A stretch of DNA of 64,000 nucleotides. Source: Candidatus Methanophagales archaeon (GTDB lineage: Archaea; Halobacteriota; Syntropharchaeia; Alkanophagales; Methanospirareceae). Position numbers and translations under genes: made by a program. Positions 27,885 through 36,732 of the stretch are shown here, piece by piece. The stretch is from the NCBI GenBank assembly GCA_030602585.1, contig JAUVZJ010000004.1, positions 279 to 64,278 of the forward strand, given 5' to 3'. How positions within the stretch are numbered: the stretch's first letter is position 1; the number at the start of each line of letters is the position of its first letter. The notes under the pieces were generated by a model. It saw only the letters and a program-made list of their open reading frames with translations, made no database searches and was not told the origin of the DNA.

Positions 27885-28340
27885 ATGGTGCGCAGAATTA
27901 TAAAGGTTTATCTGGATACATCGGTGATCAGCGCTTTATTTGACGAAAGAAACGCAGAACGAAAAAACCACACAGAGGAGTTTTGGAGAGAACTTAGAGA
28001 TTATGAGGTTTATGTCTCTACGCTGGTAAATGAGGAACTCGATGCGGCATCTGATGAAATAAGGGCGGAAATGATTGATAAAAATAGAGGGTTTAAAATC
28101 TTAGAAATCACTGATGAGGTGGAACGACTTGCTGAAGAATATCTAAGCAAAGGAATTTTCCCGGAGCGATATAAAGACGATGCTATACATGTTGCTGTGG
28201 CTGTGGCAAATAATATAGATTTCCTCATCAGTTGGAATTTTAGACATTTAGTTAAAGTTAAAACTCGTAGAATGGTTAATTTAATAAATGAGATATTGGG
28301 CTATCCACACATAGAAATCATAGCCCCACCTGAACTCTGA
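27885..28340 (+). CDS. PIN domain (VapC-like) ribonuclease
   Basis: N-terminal VYLDTSVISALFD and DAIHVAVAVANNIDFLISWN acidic PIN motifs; 151 aa. Confidence 0.6.
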   Translation: MVRRIIKVYLDTSVISALFDERNAERKNHTEEFWRELRDYEVYVSTLVNEELDAASDEIRAEMIDKNRGFKILEITDEVERLAEEYLSKGIFPERYKDDAIHVAVAVANNIDFLISWNFRHLVKVKTRRMVNLINEILGYPHIEIIAPPEL

Positions 28341-28535
28341 ACTTTCTCTTCTTTCGCTATCTCTTCTAAATTTCTTTTAATTTTGATGAATCCACGTGTT
28401 TCATTTTCTCTTTCTCAGAAGATATGCTACCGCCAATAGTCCTGCGATTGCATCCCTAAACTTGTATCTTGTATCCTGTATCCTGCATCATGAATCCCTG
28501 CTTCATTTTCTTGCTACCTCTGCACAACCGCCCCT

Positions 28536-28805
28536 TTATCCCAATTCCGCCCCACAATACGGACAGAATTTCGCATCCGCTTGCACTTCCTTACCACAGT
28601 TTGAACATATCCCTACCGAGCCAATTTCTGTCCGTTGAACGACACTGTCCTCAACATTAACACTTGCTGCACCCGTTCCACCAAAACTCGTTCTCTGCAC
28701 AACCGAATCAATAATATTGATAACCTGCTTGCTCTCGATAATCCCAACTTCCTTTGCCGACTGGACTGAACCCACGAGATGCCGTATGCTATTTGTTGTC
28801 AACAT
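28536..28805 (-). CDS. small zinc-ribbon protein; diverged duplicate of the 3' end of the gene at 21733..23388
   Basis: 89 aa; about 85-90% nucleotide identity to 21757-22020; CSNCGKEVQADAKFCPYCG zinc ribbon; overlaps the DUF368 gene by 17 nt; may be a pseudogene fragment. Confidence 0.4.
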   Translation of the reverse strand: MLTTNSIRHLVGSVQSAKEVGIIESKQVINIIDSVVQRTSFGGTGAASVNVEDSVVQRTEIGSVGICSNCGKEVQADAKFCPYCGAELG

Positions 28806-29637
28806 TTAACCGCCGATTACTTACATATTCCAGAATAAAAATAATGGAAAAACCAAGCATAGCGGAAATCAAAACAGGCAAAATCGAATCCATTGCGCTC
28901 ACGATGTTCTGATAGGGAAGCCGTAATGCACCTAACATCAAACCAATAAGAAAAGATAGGATAATGGTTTCATGCTTTTTCAGTGCGTAATCTAAAACTC
29001 TGGAGAAACATAAAATACCGATTAAAGCGCCGAAACAAAAGGTGAACATTTCTAAGAACCGCAAATTCTTCAGTACAAAGAGCATATATTCATACTGGTT
29101 CAGGAAAAGCAATATGAACGCGCCAGAGATACCCGGCAGTATCATTGCACATATTGCCACGGTGCCGGAAATAAAAAGGACGGGCAAGGAATGCCCAATT
29201 TGCAGTGCACCAAATCCTACGAATAAAAAGGCAAATATAAATCCAATGAATGAAAACGAAATATTTTTGACGGACATGCCGTCTCCTCTTTTGTAGAGTA
29301 AAACCGCTGACGCAAGGATTAAACCAAAGAAGAACGCATAAGTGAGCGCAGTTAAATATATTATCTTGGACATAAGTAAAAACGCCAAACCAATACCGGA
29401 AATTAGCGGGATGAATAATTTAAAATCTATTTCGCTGATATTTTTCTTTGCTTCATCAAAATCGCCTTTAAGAAAATAAGTAACAAATTTAAAATCTATT
29501 TTACTTATCGAATGAACCAACCTTTCATAAATGCCTGTAATCAGTGCAATTGTTCCGCCAGAAATACCCGGTATTATATCTGCTACACCCATGAATAGCC
29601 CTTTCAAAAATATAATCAGCGTTTTCATTGATTTCAT
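28789..29637 (-). CDS. DUF368 family membrane protein (putative undecaprenyl/polyprenyl-phosphate transporter family)
   Basis: N-terminal GVADIIPGISGGTIALITGIYERL hallmark and internal repeat (PGISGAFILLFL). Confidence 0.7.
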   Translation of the reverse strand: MKSMKTLIIFLKGLFMGVADIIPGISGGTIALITGIYERLVHSISKIDFKFVTYFLKGDFDEAKKNISEIDFKLFIPLISGIGLAFLLMSKIIYLTALTYAFFFGLILASAVLLYKRGDGMSVKNISFSFIGFIFAFLFVGFGALQIGHSLPVLFISGTVAICAMILPGISGAFILLFLNQYEYMLFVLKNLRFLEMFTFCFGALIGILCFSRVLDYALKKHETIILSFLIGLMLGALRLPYQNIVSAMDSILPVLISAMLGFSIIFILEYVSNRRLNVDNK

Positions 29638-29690
29638 AATATTCTACCAAAGCATATTTCTGGTGATAATGGATGTGTAAAAAGCGAGGT

Positions 29691-30044
29691 TTACGTTTTT
29701 TTGTGCTTACGCTTTTGCTTCGTTTTCCCAAATAAAGAAGGTAAATGAATTGCGTAAGAACCATCCTCCTTTAACCCCAATACTATCCCCTTCCGCTCTA
29801 ACAACGCATCCAGATTGAGCTCGTATACGCCGGGACTCAGAATCCTCAGGCTTTCTATCTTCTCCCCCTCTAAAGGCACCTTTTCTTCTATTTTTATCCT
29901 CTCCACCAAATCCACTGCGCTTATGTCTATATCTTCTTCTCCCTTTATATAAAGAAAAAGATTCCCTCCGCACTCCGAACAGCCCCCCAACATCTCTTCC
30001 GTTATCTTTTCAAATCTCTTCCCACATTTCAAACACTTGTGCAT
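29691..30044 (-). CDS. Zn-ribbon protein (DUF2072-like)
   Basis: N-terminal CLKCGKRF...GGCSECGG zinc ribbon; part of the conserved archaeal GTPase-DUF2073-ZnR triad. Confidence 0.55.
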   Translation of the reverse strand: MHKCLKCGKRFEKITEEMLGGCSECGGNLFLYIKGEEDIDISAVDLVERIKIEEKVPLEGEKIESLRILSPGVYELNLDALLERKGIVLGLKEDGSYAIHLPSLFGKTKQKRKHKKT

Positions 30045-30051
30045 TTTTAGT

Positions 30052-30384
30052 CTATATAGCAGAAATGACTGCGCTTATTAAGTCCCTTTCCTTCTTTATC
30101 GTGCGCATCGTCTTCGCAGGTCCTATCACTGTCAGCCTCGTCTGCCTTCTTATATTTAAAAAACTCTTCTTAGACGGATATCCACTCATCTCTATTCCAG
30201 GAAAATCCTCGTTTACCTCCGTCATTGTGAGCTCTATCAGTTTCATCTGCTCCTCCGACGTCAGACCGCCCTCCAACACCACTATATTACCCGACTTCAC
30301 ACCGTCCAACACAAATCTTAGCTTCTCCATCGAGGTCATCGAATTTATTTTATCTTCTGAGATCAGGTCCATCTTTATTTCCAT
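30052..30384 (-). CDS. DUF2073-like protein
   Basis: 110-aa protein between the Zn-ribbon and GTPase genes, as in the conserved archaeal operon. Confidence 0.45.
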   Translation of the reverse strand: MEIKMDLISEDKINSMTSMEKLRFVLDGVKSGNIVVLEGGLTSEEQMKLIELTMTEVNEDFPGIEMSGYPSKKSFLNIRRQTRLTVIGPAKTMRTIKKERDLISAVISAI

Positions 30385-30425
30385 CGTTTAATTTCTCACC
30401 CTCCTGTTTCTTTTACTTTCATCAC

Positions 30426-31154
30426 TCATCGGAATCTCCTCGCTATTTCCTCATACAACCCCTCCATATTCTCCCCTTTCAATGCTGATATGGGTATGAC
30501 GGTGTGCTGAGGGAAAGCATTCATTATCCTTTGTGGAAATGCATCCACGAGGTCAATTTTATTTGCGGCGATAATAATCGGGATACCTCTTGCTTCCATG
30601 TTCCCGATGATGATTATGTTAGTTTGCGTATATGGGTCCTCGGTAGAATCCATAAGGAGCACAACGCCGTCAATGTCGTCGAGCCATTTTATTGCCTCTA
30701 TAACACCTTCTGTCGCCTCCTTCGCCCTCTTTTTCGCCTCTTCCTCTTCTAAACCGTAAGCCATGAACTCGTGAAAATCTATTTTCGTCGCTAATCCCGG
30801 AGTGTCAACCACATCCAGCTTCAATTTTGCTTTTCCTCTTCTTGACTTTGACGTTGGGGTTGGGTTGGGGTTGGAGTTGGGAGTTGGGTTCTGCACTGGC
30901 ACTGATTTCAAATCTATGAGTATTCCGCTTTTCATGACTGCTCTTCTCGTCTCGTGTGGTACCTCAGTGGCTACCCCCATATCTTCGTTCTCATCCACAA
31001 AAGTATGGACTATTCTATTCGCCAAAGTAGTTTTACCCGCATTCGGCGGTCCGTAGATGCCGATTTTTGCCGTTGCCTTCCTGAAAAACAAAGCCCTTAT
31101 TAGATATGGTAAAATGCCCTTCATCCTTTTCCTCGACTTCATATCTTCTTCCAT
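30426..31154 (-). CDS. small GTP-binding protein (Ras/Era-like)
   Basis: G1 GPPNAGKTT, G3 DTPG, G4 NKID; contains a Pro/Asn/Thr-rich low-complexity insert encoded by GTTGGG repeats. Confidence 0.7.
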   Translation of the reverse strand: MEEDMKSRKRMKGILPYLIRALFFRKATAKIGIYGPPNAGKTTLANRIVHTFVDENEDMGVATEVPHETRRAVMKSGILIDLKSVPVQNPTPNSNPNPTPTSKSRRGKAKLKLDVVDTPGLATKIDFHEFMAYGLEEEEAKKRAKEATEGVIEAIKWLDDIDGVVLLMDSTEDPYTQTNIIIIGNMEARGIPIIIAANKIDLVDAFPQRIMNAFPQHTVIPISALKGENMEGLYEEIARRFR

Positions 31155-31306
31155 CCTTCTTCTATATATAAAAACTTTTCGCTCGAATATGCGCTCAAAC
31201 TTAATATTACACTATGCCCTTCTTTTTCATAGTGCCTATATTAAACTTAAATATTCCGCAAGGGCATAGGGCAAAAGCATGAGCATGAGTAAAAGGCAAA
31301 GGAGGG

Positions 31307-31630
31307 ATGTCAGTCGAAGAGGAGGAAAAATTGTATAAACCAGAAGGAACCGAAGAAGTAATACGTGTGCGTATTCCACAAAAAGAGAAGAGGGAAGTGT
31401 TAGCGATAGTACAGAAGATGTTAGGAGGTAGAAGAGCAACAGTGCAGTGCGTTGATGGAATAGAAAGAATGGCTCGAATCCCTGGCAGGTTAAAGCGGAG
31501 ACAATGGATAAACGTTGGAGACGTAGTAATAATAGTTCCCTGGGACTTCCAGGATGAAAAGGCTGAACTCATCCACAAATATAAAAGACCGCAGGTAGAA
31601 TGGTTGAGAAAGAAGGGTTATTTGAAGTAG
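31307..31630 (+). CDS. eif1a: translation initiation factor 1A
   Basis: S1-like OB fold segments ([38 protein letters not shown]). Confidence 0.85.
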   Translation: MSVEEEEKLYKPEGTEEVIRVRIPQKEKREVLAIVQKMLGGRRATVQCVDGIERMARIPGRLKRRQWINVGDVVIIVPWDFQDEKAELIHKYKRPQVEWLRKKGYLK

Positions 31631-32439
31631 AGAGATGGCTAAAGAAGGAAGAAAAGCAACTACCTAAAGGCAAATGGAGAAAAAAAGATTATCGTGATAG
31701 GAAAACAGAGCAATACGTCTTCGACATCCCCACTCTGGAAACGCTATACAAATTCTCAAAAAAGGGACTAATAAAAGCGTTAGGCGGTCCCATAAGCAGG
31801 GGTAAGGAAGCTGTTATATTTCATGCGATAGGGGCTGGGGAAGAGGAATTGGCGATAAAGATGTATAAAATAAGCACCTCAAACTTCAATGCCATGCTTG
31901 ACTACATTATTGGCGACCCGAGGTTTGAAAATATAAAGAGAGACCACAGAAGCATCATTTTTGCGTGGGCTCGTAAGGAGCTAAAGAATCTCAAAAGGGC
32001 TTTTGACGCCGGAATCCAGGTGCCCAAGCCGATTGCATGCGATAAAAACGTGCTGATAATGGAGTTTATAGGAAAGGAAGGAATAGCAGCACCAAGATTG
32101 AGAGACATTCCCGCAGACATTCTCAAATGTGATTTTGAACTTGAAGAACTATTCTCCCGCATCATTTCCTATATAAACGTCATGTATGAGAAGGGGACGA
32201 TGGTGCATGCAGACCTCAGCGAGTTCAATATCTTGATGAAGGGGTATGTAGAACGAGAATTTGAAGGTGCAGAAATAGAAATAGAGCCGGTAATAATAGA
32301 TATGGGGCAATCCCTGCTTCTGGACCATCCTAATGCTGATGCGTTTCTCCGGAGGGACGTGAGAAATATAGTTATATTCTTTAACAAACTCGGTTTAGAT
32401 TGTTCCGAAGATGAAATAATGCGGATGATAAAGGATTAA
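31600..32439 (+). CDS. rio1: RIO-type serine/threonine protein kinase (Rio1)
   Basis: [12 protein letters not shown]...VMEFIG...[10 protein letters not shown]...DMGQS RIO kinase motifs; conserved neighbour of eIF1A; start uncertain because of the 31-nt overlap. Confidence 0.8.
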   Translation: MVEKEGLFEVERWLKKEEKQLPKGKWRKKDYRDRKTEQYVFDIPTLETLYKFSKKGLIKALGGPISRGKEAVIFHAIGAGEEELAIKMYKISTSNFNAMLDYIIGDPRFENIKRDHRSIIFAWARKELKNLKRAFDAGIQVPKPIACDKNVLIMEFIGKEGIAAPRLRDIPADILKCDFELEELFSRIISYINVMYEKGTMVHADLSEFNILMKGYVEREFEGAEIEIEPVIIDMGQSLLLDHPNADAFLRRDVRNIVIFFNKLGLDCSEDEIMRMIKD

Positions 32440-32442
32440 AAG

Positions 32443-33003
32443 ATGATAACACAACACATTAAGATTCCTCAGGATAGAATAGGCGTGCTAATCGGTCATA
32501 ATGGAATCGTAAAAGAAGACATAGAGAGAAAATCGGAGAGCAGGATAATAATAGATAGTAATGAAGGGGAAGTGCATATAGAAGGCATAGAAGGCGGGGA
32601 CCCCATAAAGGCGCTCAGAGTTGCAGAGGTGATAAAAGCAATAGGTAGAGGTTTTTCGCCCGAAAATGCTTTTACATTACTTGATGACGATTTTCTCCTC
32701 TTCGAGGTCATTTCCCTCTCTCATCTCTCTCCAAAGACGCTAAAAAGGGTTAAAGGGCGTGTGATAGGTAAAAATGGAAGAACGAGAAGGGCAATAGAGG
32801 ACATAGCAGACGTTAAAATCTCCGTCTATGGGAAGACCATAAGCTTGATTGGATATTCGCATCCGATAAGAACAGCGCATGAAGCAATGGAGATGTTAAT
32901 AAATGGCGCACCACACAGCGCTGTTTACTCCTTCTTAGAGCGGAGAAGGCGAGAAGAGGAAGAAGAGAAGAAATGGAAAATAGAAGGAGAAGAAACTGAA
33001 TGA
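32443..33003 (+). CDS. KH-domain RNA-binding protein (Dim2/Pno1-like)
   Basis: Two KH modules (IGVLIGHNGIVKEDIE; VIGKNGRTRRAIED); conserved eIF1A-Rio1-KH cluster. Confidence 0.7.
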   Translation: MITQHIKIPQDRIGVLIGHNGIVKEDIERKSESRIIIDSNEGEVHIEGIEGGDPIKALRVAEVIKAIGRGFSPENAFTLLDDDFLLFEVISLSHLSPKTLKRVKGRVIGKNGRTRRAIEDIADVKISVYGKTISLIGYSHPIRTAHEAMEMLINGAPHSAVYSFLERRRREEEEEKKWKIEGEETE

Positions 33004-33665
33004 AGCTTATGCCTGAACGAGAAGAGGAAAGGGGATATGAGGAAGAGAGAAAGAGAATGGTTGAACATCTCAGGAGACATGGTGTCAGTGAAGAGGTGTT
33101 AGAAGCGATGATGCACATCGAGAGGCACCTTTTTGTCACGCCTGATCTTAGCGATCAGGCATACGCGGATTATCCGTTGCCCATCGGAGAGGGTCAAACG
33201 ATAAGCGCACCACACATGGTTGCGATGATGTGCGATTATCTGGAGTTGAAGAAAGAAGAGAAAGTGCTTGAAGTTGGCGCTGGCTCAGGATACCATGCCG
33301 CAGTCATTGCTGAGATAATAGGCGAAGAAGGGCAGGTATATTCCGTAGAAAGGATACCGTGGCTGGTTGAATTTTCGAGTGAGAACCTGAAGCGTGCAGG
33401 GTATAAGAACGTGGCGGTGACACTCGGTGATGGAACCCTTGGACTGCCTGACCATGCGCCATACGACAAAATAAGTGTGACCTGTGCTGCGCCTGATGTG
33501 CCTCCTCCGTTACTTGAGCAGTTGAAAACCGGTGGAAAAATGGTTATACCCATCGGGAGATACGTGCAAGAGTTGTATCTGGTGGAGAAGAAAGACAGGA
33601 TAGAGAAGGAGCGAAAATGCGATGTGCTTTTCGTGCCTCTGGTGGGAAGATATGGATTCCATTAA
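33000..33665 (+). CDS. pcm: protein-L-isoaspartate O-methyltransferase
   Basis: GEGQTISAPHMVAMM...LEVGAGSGYHAAV SAM-binding motifs. Confidence 0.85.
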   Translation: MKLMPEREEERGYEEERKRMVEHLRRHGVSEEVLEAMMHIERHLFVTPDLSDQAYADYPLPIGEGQTISAPHMVAMMCDYLELKKEEKVLEVGAGSGYHAAVIAEIIGEEGQVYSVERIPWLVEFSSENLKRAGYKNVAVTLGDGTLGLPDHAPYDKISVTCAAPDVPPPLLEQLKTGGKMVIPIGRYVQELYLVEKKDRIEKERKCDVLFVPLVGRYGFH

Positions 33666-33685
33666 TGTTATATTTTTCAAAAGAT

Positions 33686-34126
33686 ATGAGTAAGTATATG
33701 ATATCGCCGGCAAGCGGAAGGGTAATAAGGATAGAAGAAGAAAGCAGAACTATTACTATATTCATGCATCTCCATAATGTGCACATCACTGCCGCGCCAT
33801 TAGACGGCGTAGTGAAAAAAATAACAGCGGAAAAAGGATTTTTTAAGCCCGCTTTCCTACGCAGTAGTGATTTCAACATGAAAAACACAATAGAACTTAG
33901 CACAGAATATGGGGATATAAAAATAGTGCAAATAGCGGGCTTTTTTACAAGGAAAATAAAGTGCGAGGTGAAAGAAGGGCAGGAAGTAAGGAAAAGCGAA
34001 AGGATGGGTAAGATTTGTTTCGGCTCTCGTGTGGACGTGAGCATTCCCGAAGGTTTTGAGATACTGATGAAACCCGGGGACAAGGTGAAGTGCAGGAAAA
34101 CGACTATTGCGTCACTTGAAAAATGA
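33686..34126 (+). CDS. archaeal-type phosphatidylserine decarboxylase-related protein
   Basis: Start at MSKYM; FMHLHNVHITAAPLDG and FGSRVDV (candidate pyruvoyl-forming G-S site), as in small PSD-family proteins. Confidence 0.55.
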   Translation: MSKYMISPASGRVIRIEEESRTITIFMHLHNVHITAAPLDGVVKKITAEKGFFKPAFLRSSDFNMKNTIELSTEYGDIKIVQIAGFFTRKIKCEVKEGQEVRKSERMGKICFGSRVDVSIPEGFEILMKPGDKVKCRKTTIASLEK

Positions 34127-34348
34127 AAATTGCAAACCGCAAAAGTCAAATTCGACAGATAGCGATTCAATTTGCACTCTGCATTTTGCAATTATAGGAC
34201 TTTAATATCTGGACTATCTCATCACCCATACATATAATAATTTCGTTCACTTATAAAATTTTATAAGATATTTTGAACTTTTTTATCACTGTCCGAAAAC
34301 TTTTTAAGGACAATTGGAAATTGTATTAACGAAAATTAGGTGATAAAA

Positions 34349-34510
34349 ATGGATGCGACAAAAATGACAAAAGTGTTAAAGGAGTTGATGAAACTGCTTC
34401 AGGATGTGCCTGAAGAAGAGTATGAAAAAGTCAGATGTGAAATGGAAGAGATAAAAGAGAAGTTAGGGTCGTGGTATATGGCGGATTATCCACTTTATCA
34501 GGGCTCGTAA
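34349..34510 (+). CDS. small ORF (53 aa) with RBS, hypothetical
   Basis: ATG preceded by AGGTGA; helical charged peptide; the only ORF in a 450-bp gap; not in the supplied track because it is under 60 aa. Confidence 0.2.
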   Translation: MDATKMTKVLKELMKLLQDVPEEEYEKVRCEMEEIKEKLGSWYMADYPLYQGS

Positions 34511-34574
34511 TCATAAATAAGTAGCTCCTCGAAAATTCTGTCTTGAAAAATCCAATCCTAATTTTAAAATGTCT

Positions 34575-35429
34575 TTAGATGGTTACAAACATAACAATTC
34601 GCAATAAAACGAAGATGAAATCGCCGTAGAAAGCAGCGGTGAAGAAACCAGCAGTGAGATACACGATAAAAGGGAGCTCTGGTGTAATCCAAACCTCTTT
34701 AACCCTTTTCTTTCGCTCCAATTCTTCAAGACGACTTAATGTTTCTTCTGTTGGTTCTATGCCCCCCCATACATACTTCTTCTTTTCAGACTCATCTTCT
34801 ATTTCATGCTCATGCATCAATTTAAAGTTCTTTTTTCTCCTCAGCTCTGAAATTTCGACCTTCCAGCCAAGGAACATAAGCGGTGAAAAATTTTTCCTGA
34901 GTGAATTATAGAGGAAAAGATAAATAGGCGATAAAAGAGCGAAAAGCAAACTATTCGTAAGCATACTGAGCACAAAGATGTCCAGCGGCGGAACACCCAT
35001 CACGGGTAGGTGGAGGTGAAGTGCAGAAAATAAAGGGAAGTTCGGGAAGAGCAAAGAGAGTGAAATAATCGCTTTTACGTCTGCACCGCCGAAATTGAGA
35101 ATGTAGAGCAGAGAGGCGAATATAGCGCCCACAATCAGTGATTTAAACAGCTGAAAGAGGGACAAAGAACCCATGAAGAGCTCTACACTTGCAAGAAAAA
35201 CGCCAGAAACAGCCATCACGAGCCACACGACATTCGAGACCTCTCTTGTCCTCACATCGGAGTAACTCCCGTATATCAGCAGGCAAGAGCCTATGCAGAG
35301 ACGTAAAATCCCCTTGTAATTGTTTAGCTGTAAAATCCCAAATTCTAAATCCGAAATACTAAACAATATCAAATACCAAAATCCAAATGACAAAAACTTG
35401 GGATTTAGTATTTTCCAAAAGCTATACAT
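34575..35429 (-). CDS. A24-family prepilin/preflagellin-type aspartic peptidase
   Basis: Polytopic membrane protein with SYSDVRTREVSN and GGADVKAI catalytic Asp motifs; long charged C-terminal extension. Confidence 0.55.
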   Translation of the reverse strand: MYSFWKILNPKFLSFGFWYLILFSISDLEFGILQLNNYKGILRLCIGSCLLIYGSYSDVRTREVSNVVWLVMAVSGVFLASVELFMGSLSLFQLFKSLIVGAIFASLLYILNFGGADVKAIISLSLLFPNFPLFSALHLHLPVMGVPPLDIFVLSMLTNSLLFALLSPIYLFLYNSLRKNFSPLMFLGWKVEISELRRKKNFKLMHEHEIEDESEKKKYVWGGIEPTEETLSRLEELERKKRVKEVWITPELPFIVYLTAGFFTAAFYGDFIFVLLRIVMFVTI

Positions 35430-35441
35430 AATACAACTCCA

Positions 35442-36593
35442 TTATTGCGTCACCGAATGCTCCCACCATTCCATAATGTATTCCGGTAGCCTGAACCCCC
35501 TTTGATGAAGTCTTTCCACCAGATGTAGTGGCAAAGGGCTGAGTGCAAACGTCGCACGCTCATAGAACGTCGTAGGCGGGGATTCTATTATGCGACTATC
35601 TAGCTCCCTCGATAAGGTAGATTCATTACCAACGATAGAATAAACGTAACCGCCTGCTTTCTTTTGCTCTCTACACCATCCTAAAACCGGCTCTGTCTCT
35701 CCAGACCACGAGATTAAAAATAAAATATCGCCTGCTCGTGGTCTCGGCGCAAAGGGTCCGGATAAGTAAACTTCGTCGCCAATAGCTCTTTTAACGTGCT
35801 GCAGTCTTATTGCAGACATCTTTGCCGCATTCCTCGCAGGACCCAACCCGCCCATTGTTATCCGGCTTCTCGTCTCCAGCTTGTCAATGATGTGTTTGTA
35901 ACTATCAGAACTGACGAAGCTATCCATAAATTCACCTATAACATTTGATTCCGCCTCTATTTTTTTGAATACCGCCTTATAATCCTTCTTCTCGTTTATT
36001 GCCTCTTTTGTTTTCTGAAATAGCAGCAAAGAACCTAATTCGTAAACATCGTTCATTATGCCGTGTTTGAGAAATGCATCAGTGGTATTAGGTTTTCTTT
36101 CCCTTCCTTTCAGTTCGACCACGTTACCATATTCTTTCTCCCTTATCTTTCCTATCGAGGAATTTGAGTTAGAGACAACCACATCAATGGTAAATTTATC
36201 GCTTTTTTCTCGTTCGATATAATCAGAAAGTTGCTTAACAACTATTTTGGGTGTTGAGGTCTCACCACTTCCGGAATTGACGAGCAGTGCTATCCTATCA
36301 TACTTTTTCTCCAGCACAGGCGCTGCCTCCACTATGTCTCTGCCAGGGAAATCTATGTCAACCATTGTTCGCACCTCGTTGTCCATTTGCCCCATCCCTA
36401 TGTACAATGCGCTTTGCGACCTCCCTTCCCCAACGAGAATGATACAATCAGCGGAGTTGAGGTCATCGAAAAAAACCTTAAACTCACTCTTCTTGACGTT
36501 ACGAACATTTTTTATTACGCCATTGATATATCCGACTTCTCTACTGACTTTATTCGGTGCCATACGCCATAAGAAGAAAAACTTTACCACCAA
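35442..36593 (-). CDS. double-SIS-domain sugar-phosphate isomerase family protein
   Basis: Two SIS-like Rossmann segments (DCIILVGEGRSQ; ILFLISWSGETEP). Confidence 0.45.
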   Translation of the reverse strand: MVVKFFFLWRMAPNKVSREVGYINGVIKNVRNVKKSEFKVFFDDLNSADCIILVGEGRSQSALYIGMGQMDNEVRTMVDIDFPGRDIVEAAPVLEKKYDRIALLVNSGSGETSTPKIVVKQLSDYIEREKSDKFTIDVVVSNSNSSIGKIREKEYGNVVELKGRERKPNTTDAFLKHGIMNDVYELGSLLLFQKTKEAINEKKDYKAVFKKIEAESNVIGEFMDSFVSSDSYKHIIDKLETRSRITMGGLGPARNAAKMSAIRLQHVKRAIGDEVYLSGPFAPRPRAGDILFLISWSGETEPVLGWCREQKKAGGYVYSIVGNESTLSRELDSRIIESPPTTFYERATFALSPLPLHLVERLHQRGFRLPEYIMEWWEHSVTQ

Positions 36594-36732
36594 CCTTTCT
36601 TTGGAAAAGAAAGCTTGACCAAAGAAAAAGTGTTCTTCTTTATCTTCTATTTCACCTCCACTTTATATCAAAACAAATAAGAATTTACCTTTAGTTATAA
36701 AACTTTTCGATTCTTTTCTTAAGAAAAAGTGT

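Noticed and set aside
24528-28400. Transposase, integrase or IS boundaries for the AT-rich island
   Set aside because: No recombinase-like ORF and no terminal inverted repeats could be recognised by eye. The acquisition mechanism is unresolved.
28461-28490. Short tandem TGTATCC / TGCATCA repeats downstream of the island PIN gene
   Set aside because: There are only about three imperfect units. This is probably a terminator or spacer sequence and not a repeat element.
21757-28800. Reading the 260-bp duplicate pair as attL/attR of an element integrated into the 3' end of the 551-aa gene
   Set aside because: The geometry is wrong. The displaced copy lies on the 5' side of the minus-strand gene. 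The bracketed segment would also include the gene's own 5' portion and the PQQ gene. No integrase is present.
30851-30888. Tandem GTTGGG(G/A) repeats that resemble a short repeat array
   Set aside because: They lie in frame inside the GTPase gene and simply encode a Pro/Asn/Thr low-complexity insert. There are no spacers and no CRISPR-like structure.
33544-34191. 215-aa minus-strand ORF
   Set aside because: It is antisense to the pcm and PSD-like genes. The translation is hydrophobic junk and the sense genes have strong motifs.
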